From assembly GCA_000388065.2 (NCBI GenBank), contig KB932208.1: a stretch of DNA of 8,472 nucleotides. One strand, 5' to 3'. Each line of letters opens with the position of its first letter. Positions within the stretch are counted from its first letter, which is position 1. The position numbers and the translations under genes were made by a program. This DNA is from Fonticula alba ATCC 38817 (lineage: Eukaryota; Protista; Nucleariida). Positions 7,366 to 8,472 of the stretch are shown here, in pieces. A model generated the notes under the pieces. It saw nothing but the letters and a program-made list of their open reading frames with translations, did no database searches and was not told the origin of the DNA.

Positions 7366-7685
7366 TTGCCATGGTCCATGGCCAGCAATTCCACTCGGCC
7401 GCCGGAATGGCCGGCGTCTATGTCCCTGGCGCCCAGGATCCCTCCGTAGCCGGCCCCGGCCCGACGGGCCAGCTCCCGTCGCCCTACCGCGACTCGATGG
7501 CAGCGATCCAGCTGGCAGCGTCGGCGGCGGCTGCTGCTGACGCCAGCAACCCCGGTACGCCGGTGATCGATGCCCGTCGACTGATGGCCTTGGCGGTGTC
7601 CGGTGGCCCGGCGACCTCCCCCACTGGCACCGGCGGCGTGCCGGCCCTGCTGCCTCCGGGCCATATGACCGGTCACCGGCATTGA
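2767..7685 (+). CDS. Whole-gene model, 5'-partial and spliced: polyQ-rich putative transcriptional regulator with a candidate divergent TEA/ATTS-like domain; at least 1451 aa (1465-1470 aa if the mini-exon is used)
   Basis: Exons 2767-3729 + 3911-3998 + 4122-6104 + 6364-7685 total 4356 nt = 1452 codons including TGA at 7683-7685. The reading frame moves 1 -> 2 -> 2 -> 3 across GT..AG-bounded, repeat- or pyrimidine-rich segments, with matching phases (0, 1, 1). Exons show strong G/C third-position bias. The product call is an inference from polyQ, NLS-like motifs and motif-level similarity. Confidence 0.8.
2782..3237 (+). repeat. CAG/CAA trinucleotide array (polyQ): 123 Gln in 152 codons; longest pure runs Q31 (2824-2916) and Q18 (3103-3156)
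   Basis: Counted directly from the sequence; interrupted mainly by CTC (Leu). Confidence 0.97.
3505..3534 (+). repeat. Perfect (CAG)10, polyQ
   Basis: Read directly. Confidence 0.95.
3614..3657 (+). repeat. 18-nt coding tandem duplication (CCTCAACCGTGTCG[A/G]CCC x2 plus a partial copy) encoding STVSTP-STVSAP-ST
   Basis: Two units differ at one base. Confidence 0.9.
3818..3846 (+). repeat. (CGCCCATG)3.6 intronic tandem repeat
   Basis: Read directly. Confidence 0.92.
3848..3905 (+). repeat. (GCACAC)3(GCACACAC)5 alternating purine-pyrimidine repeat abutting the intron-1 acceptor
   Basis: Read directly. Confidence 0.95.
3911..3998 (+). CDS. Exon B: ELPTGIRADGNWATAVTNHPLIDSMTIPK(P); carries the candidate TEA helix-1 segment
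   Basis: High-complexity, protein-like 88-nt segment between acceptor AACAG and donor C|GTATCT; phase 0 in, phase 1 out. Confidence 0.8.
3999..4121 (+). other. Intron 2 (123 nt, phase 1, in-frame and stop-free)
   Basis: GTATCT donor, CT-rich body, branch-like CTCAC at 4063-4067. The first AG after it is TCCAG (4120-4121), the only nearby acceptor matching phase 1; the AGs at 4061-4062 and 4137-4138 are out of phase. Confidence 0.7.
4122..6104 (+). CDS. Exon C: remainder of the TEA-like segment, three further compact blocks, and G/P/S/A/H-rich linkers
   Basis: Long open frame 2 with coding-like GC3 bias and hydrophobic helical-looking stretches. It ends at CCG|GTGCGC (donor at 6105, phase 1), followed by a long pyrimidine tract. 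Confidence 0.85.
6196..6223 (+). repeat. (CTTCCCG)4 intronic tandem repeat
   Basis: Read directly. Confidence 0.92.
6258..6299 (+). CDS. Candidate mini-exon (G)GSPLSLLPRIDLP(L); the end may instead be 6314
   Basis: Follows a canonical TGCAG acceptor, the first AG after a long polypyrimidine tract. Phase-1 donors GTGTGC (6300) or GTCGGT (6315) both keep the frame into 6364. Confidence 0.4.
6364..7685 (+). CDS. Last exon: S/G/Q/P/A-rich low-complexity C-terminus ending ...HMTGHRH*
   Basis: Open frame 3 with coding-like codon bias, a Q11 and a G11 run, and stop TGA at 7683-7685 followed by an (AG)15 tract. The 5' boundary uses a less common AAG acceptor. Confidence 0.8.
6828..6860 (+). repeat. 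(CAG)10CAA, Q11
   Basis: Read directly in frame 3. Confidence 0.95.
7332..7364 (+). repeat. Perfect (GGC)11, poly-Gly
   Basis: Read directly in frame 3. Confidence 0.95.
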
Positions 7686-7692
7686 GGCCGGG

Positions 7693-7698
<6 letters not shown>

Positions 7699-7728
<30 letters not shown>
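7699..7728 (+). repeat. (AG)15 microsatellite just after the stop codon
   Basis: Read directly. Confidence 0.95.
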
Positions 7729-7731
<3 letters not shown>

Positions 7732-7827
7732 ATAGCAGGGCGGGAGGCGGCGAGGCGCATCCACACCCCCGAAATAGCGGGGCCCTTCCCGCAGCGCGTG
7801 GTGTGGTGTGTCTTCGCCTTCATCGCG

Positions 7828-7877
7828 CCCCCCCCCCCCCCCCCCCCCCACGCGCGCGCGCACACACACACACACAC
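7828..7877 (+). repeat. Compound repeat C22-A-(CG)5-(CA)8-C
   Basis: Read directly. Confidence 0.93.
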
Positions 7878-7996
7878 CTTTTGTGAAGGAAAAGGCATCT
7901 GCCCACACTCGGACTCCGACTCCCCTTCTGGCTAGAAAAAAGGTGGTGTGCGCGTGTGTGTGCGCGTGTGTCTGAGATCGGAAGAGAAAGTGAGCC

Positions 7997-8032
7997 AGAG
8001 AGAGAGAGAGAGTGAGTGAGTGAGAGTGAGAG
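7997..8032 (+). repeat. (AG)8 followed by TGAG-type repeats
   Basis: Read directly. Confidence 0.9.
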
Positions 8033-8205
8033 CGATAGCAATACATCCTTTCCCGTCATCTCCTTCTCGCCCTCTCCTTTTCACCTTCCCGCCCGCTCGC
8101 CCATCCGCCCCCGAAGGTCTGGTCCCCAGTCCACTCTCCCTCTCTATCTCTCTCTCTCTCCTCTATGTTGGCCACTTTCACCCTCTCCTCGCCATGTGTC
8201 TCCCC

Positions 8206-8229
8206 CCTCCTCCTCCTCCTCCTCCTCCT
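8206..8229 (+). repeat. (CCT)8 within a long pyrimidine-rich region (~8046-8240)
   Basis: Read directly. Confidence 0.92.
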
Positions 8230-8472
8230 TTGCCCCCTTTGAGCATCCTTGAGAAGCCACGATGCAAGCTAGCCCCCACCAGGAGACCTGGATTGTCTGA
8301 AGGTCCTCCGCGCGTGCAGGCGCCGAGAGGGGATCCCGCACGCACTCCTCTCTTCGCCCATTTTTGCAACCTTAGTTTTGTCCCTCCCTTCCTCGTCCTC
8401 CTCCCGGCGTGTGAAGTCGTCGCCCACGACCCCCCTCCCTCCTCCCCCCTCCCCTCCCCCCCCCCCCTCCAC

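Noticed and set aside
4133-7898. Long minus-strand ORFs (4133-4924, 5195-5935, 5257-5898, 5895-7898 and others)
   Set aside because: These are antisense shadows of GC3-rich exons: Arg/Gly/Ala-rich, with no domain-like segments. Stop codons are rare at this GC content.
7672-8243. Extra intron extending the gene past 7685 (GTCACC ... TTTGAG)
   Set aside because: The donor is weak, GAG acceptors are rare, and the join would add only a few residues before another stop.
8262-8300. Short ORF MQASPHQETWIV* as the start of the next gene
   Set aside because: It is only 12 codons with no convincing donor or homology; it cannot be supported inside this window.
1-8472. rRNA, tRNA, transposase, integrase or reverse-transcriptase signatures
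   Set aside because: None are recognisable by eye on either strand; a covariance-model or HMM scan would be needed to exclude small RNAs formally.

Overview
Eukaryotic, very GC-rich, microsatellite-dense draft sequence with a 715-nt assembly gap (N, 2050-2764). Most of the window is one + strand, intron-containing gene whose 5' end is lost in or before the gap. A phase-consistent GT-AG splice model (exons 2767-3729, 3911-3998, 4122-6104, a possible mini-exon from 6258, and 6364-7685) gives at least 1451 aa. The protein is a polyQ-rich, mostly low-complexity, transcription-regulator-like sequence with two NLS-like motifs and four compact, apparently folded blocks. The first block, which only becomes continuous after removing intron 2, matches by eye a strongly diverged TEA/ATTS (TEAD/Tec1/AbaA-type) DNA-binding domain. 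This is the most interesting observation, and it is unconfirmed. The other three blocks match nothing I can name with confidence. The flanks hold C/G homopolymers, (CG)n/(CA)n tracts, AG/CT tracts and a 33-position fold-back downstream of the stop. I see no rRNA, tRNA, CRISPR array, mobile element or prokaryotic system. Most ORFs in the six-frame track are shadow frames caused by GC content and repeats. The style (C-rich repeat-laden introns, domains broken by low-complexity inserts) recalls GC-rich unicellular eukaryote assemblies such as Fonticula alba, but the organism cannot be established from this sequence.
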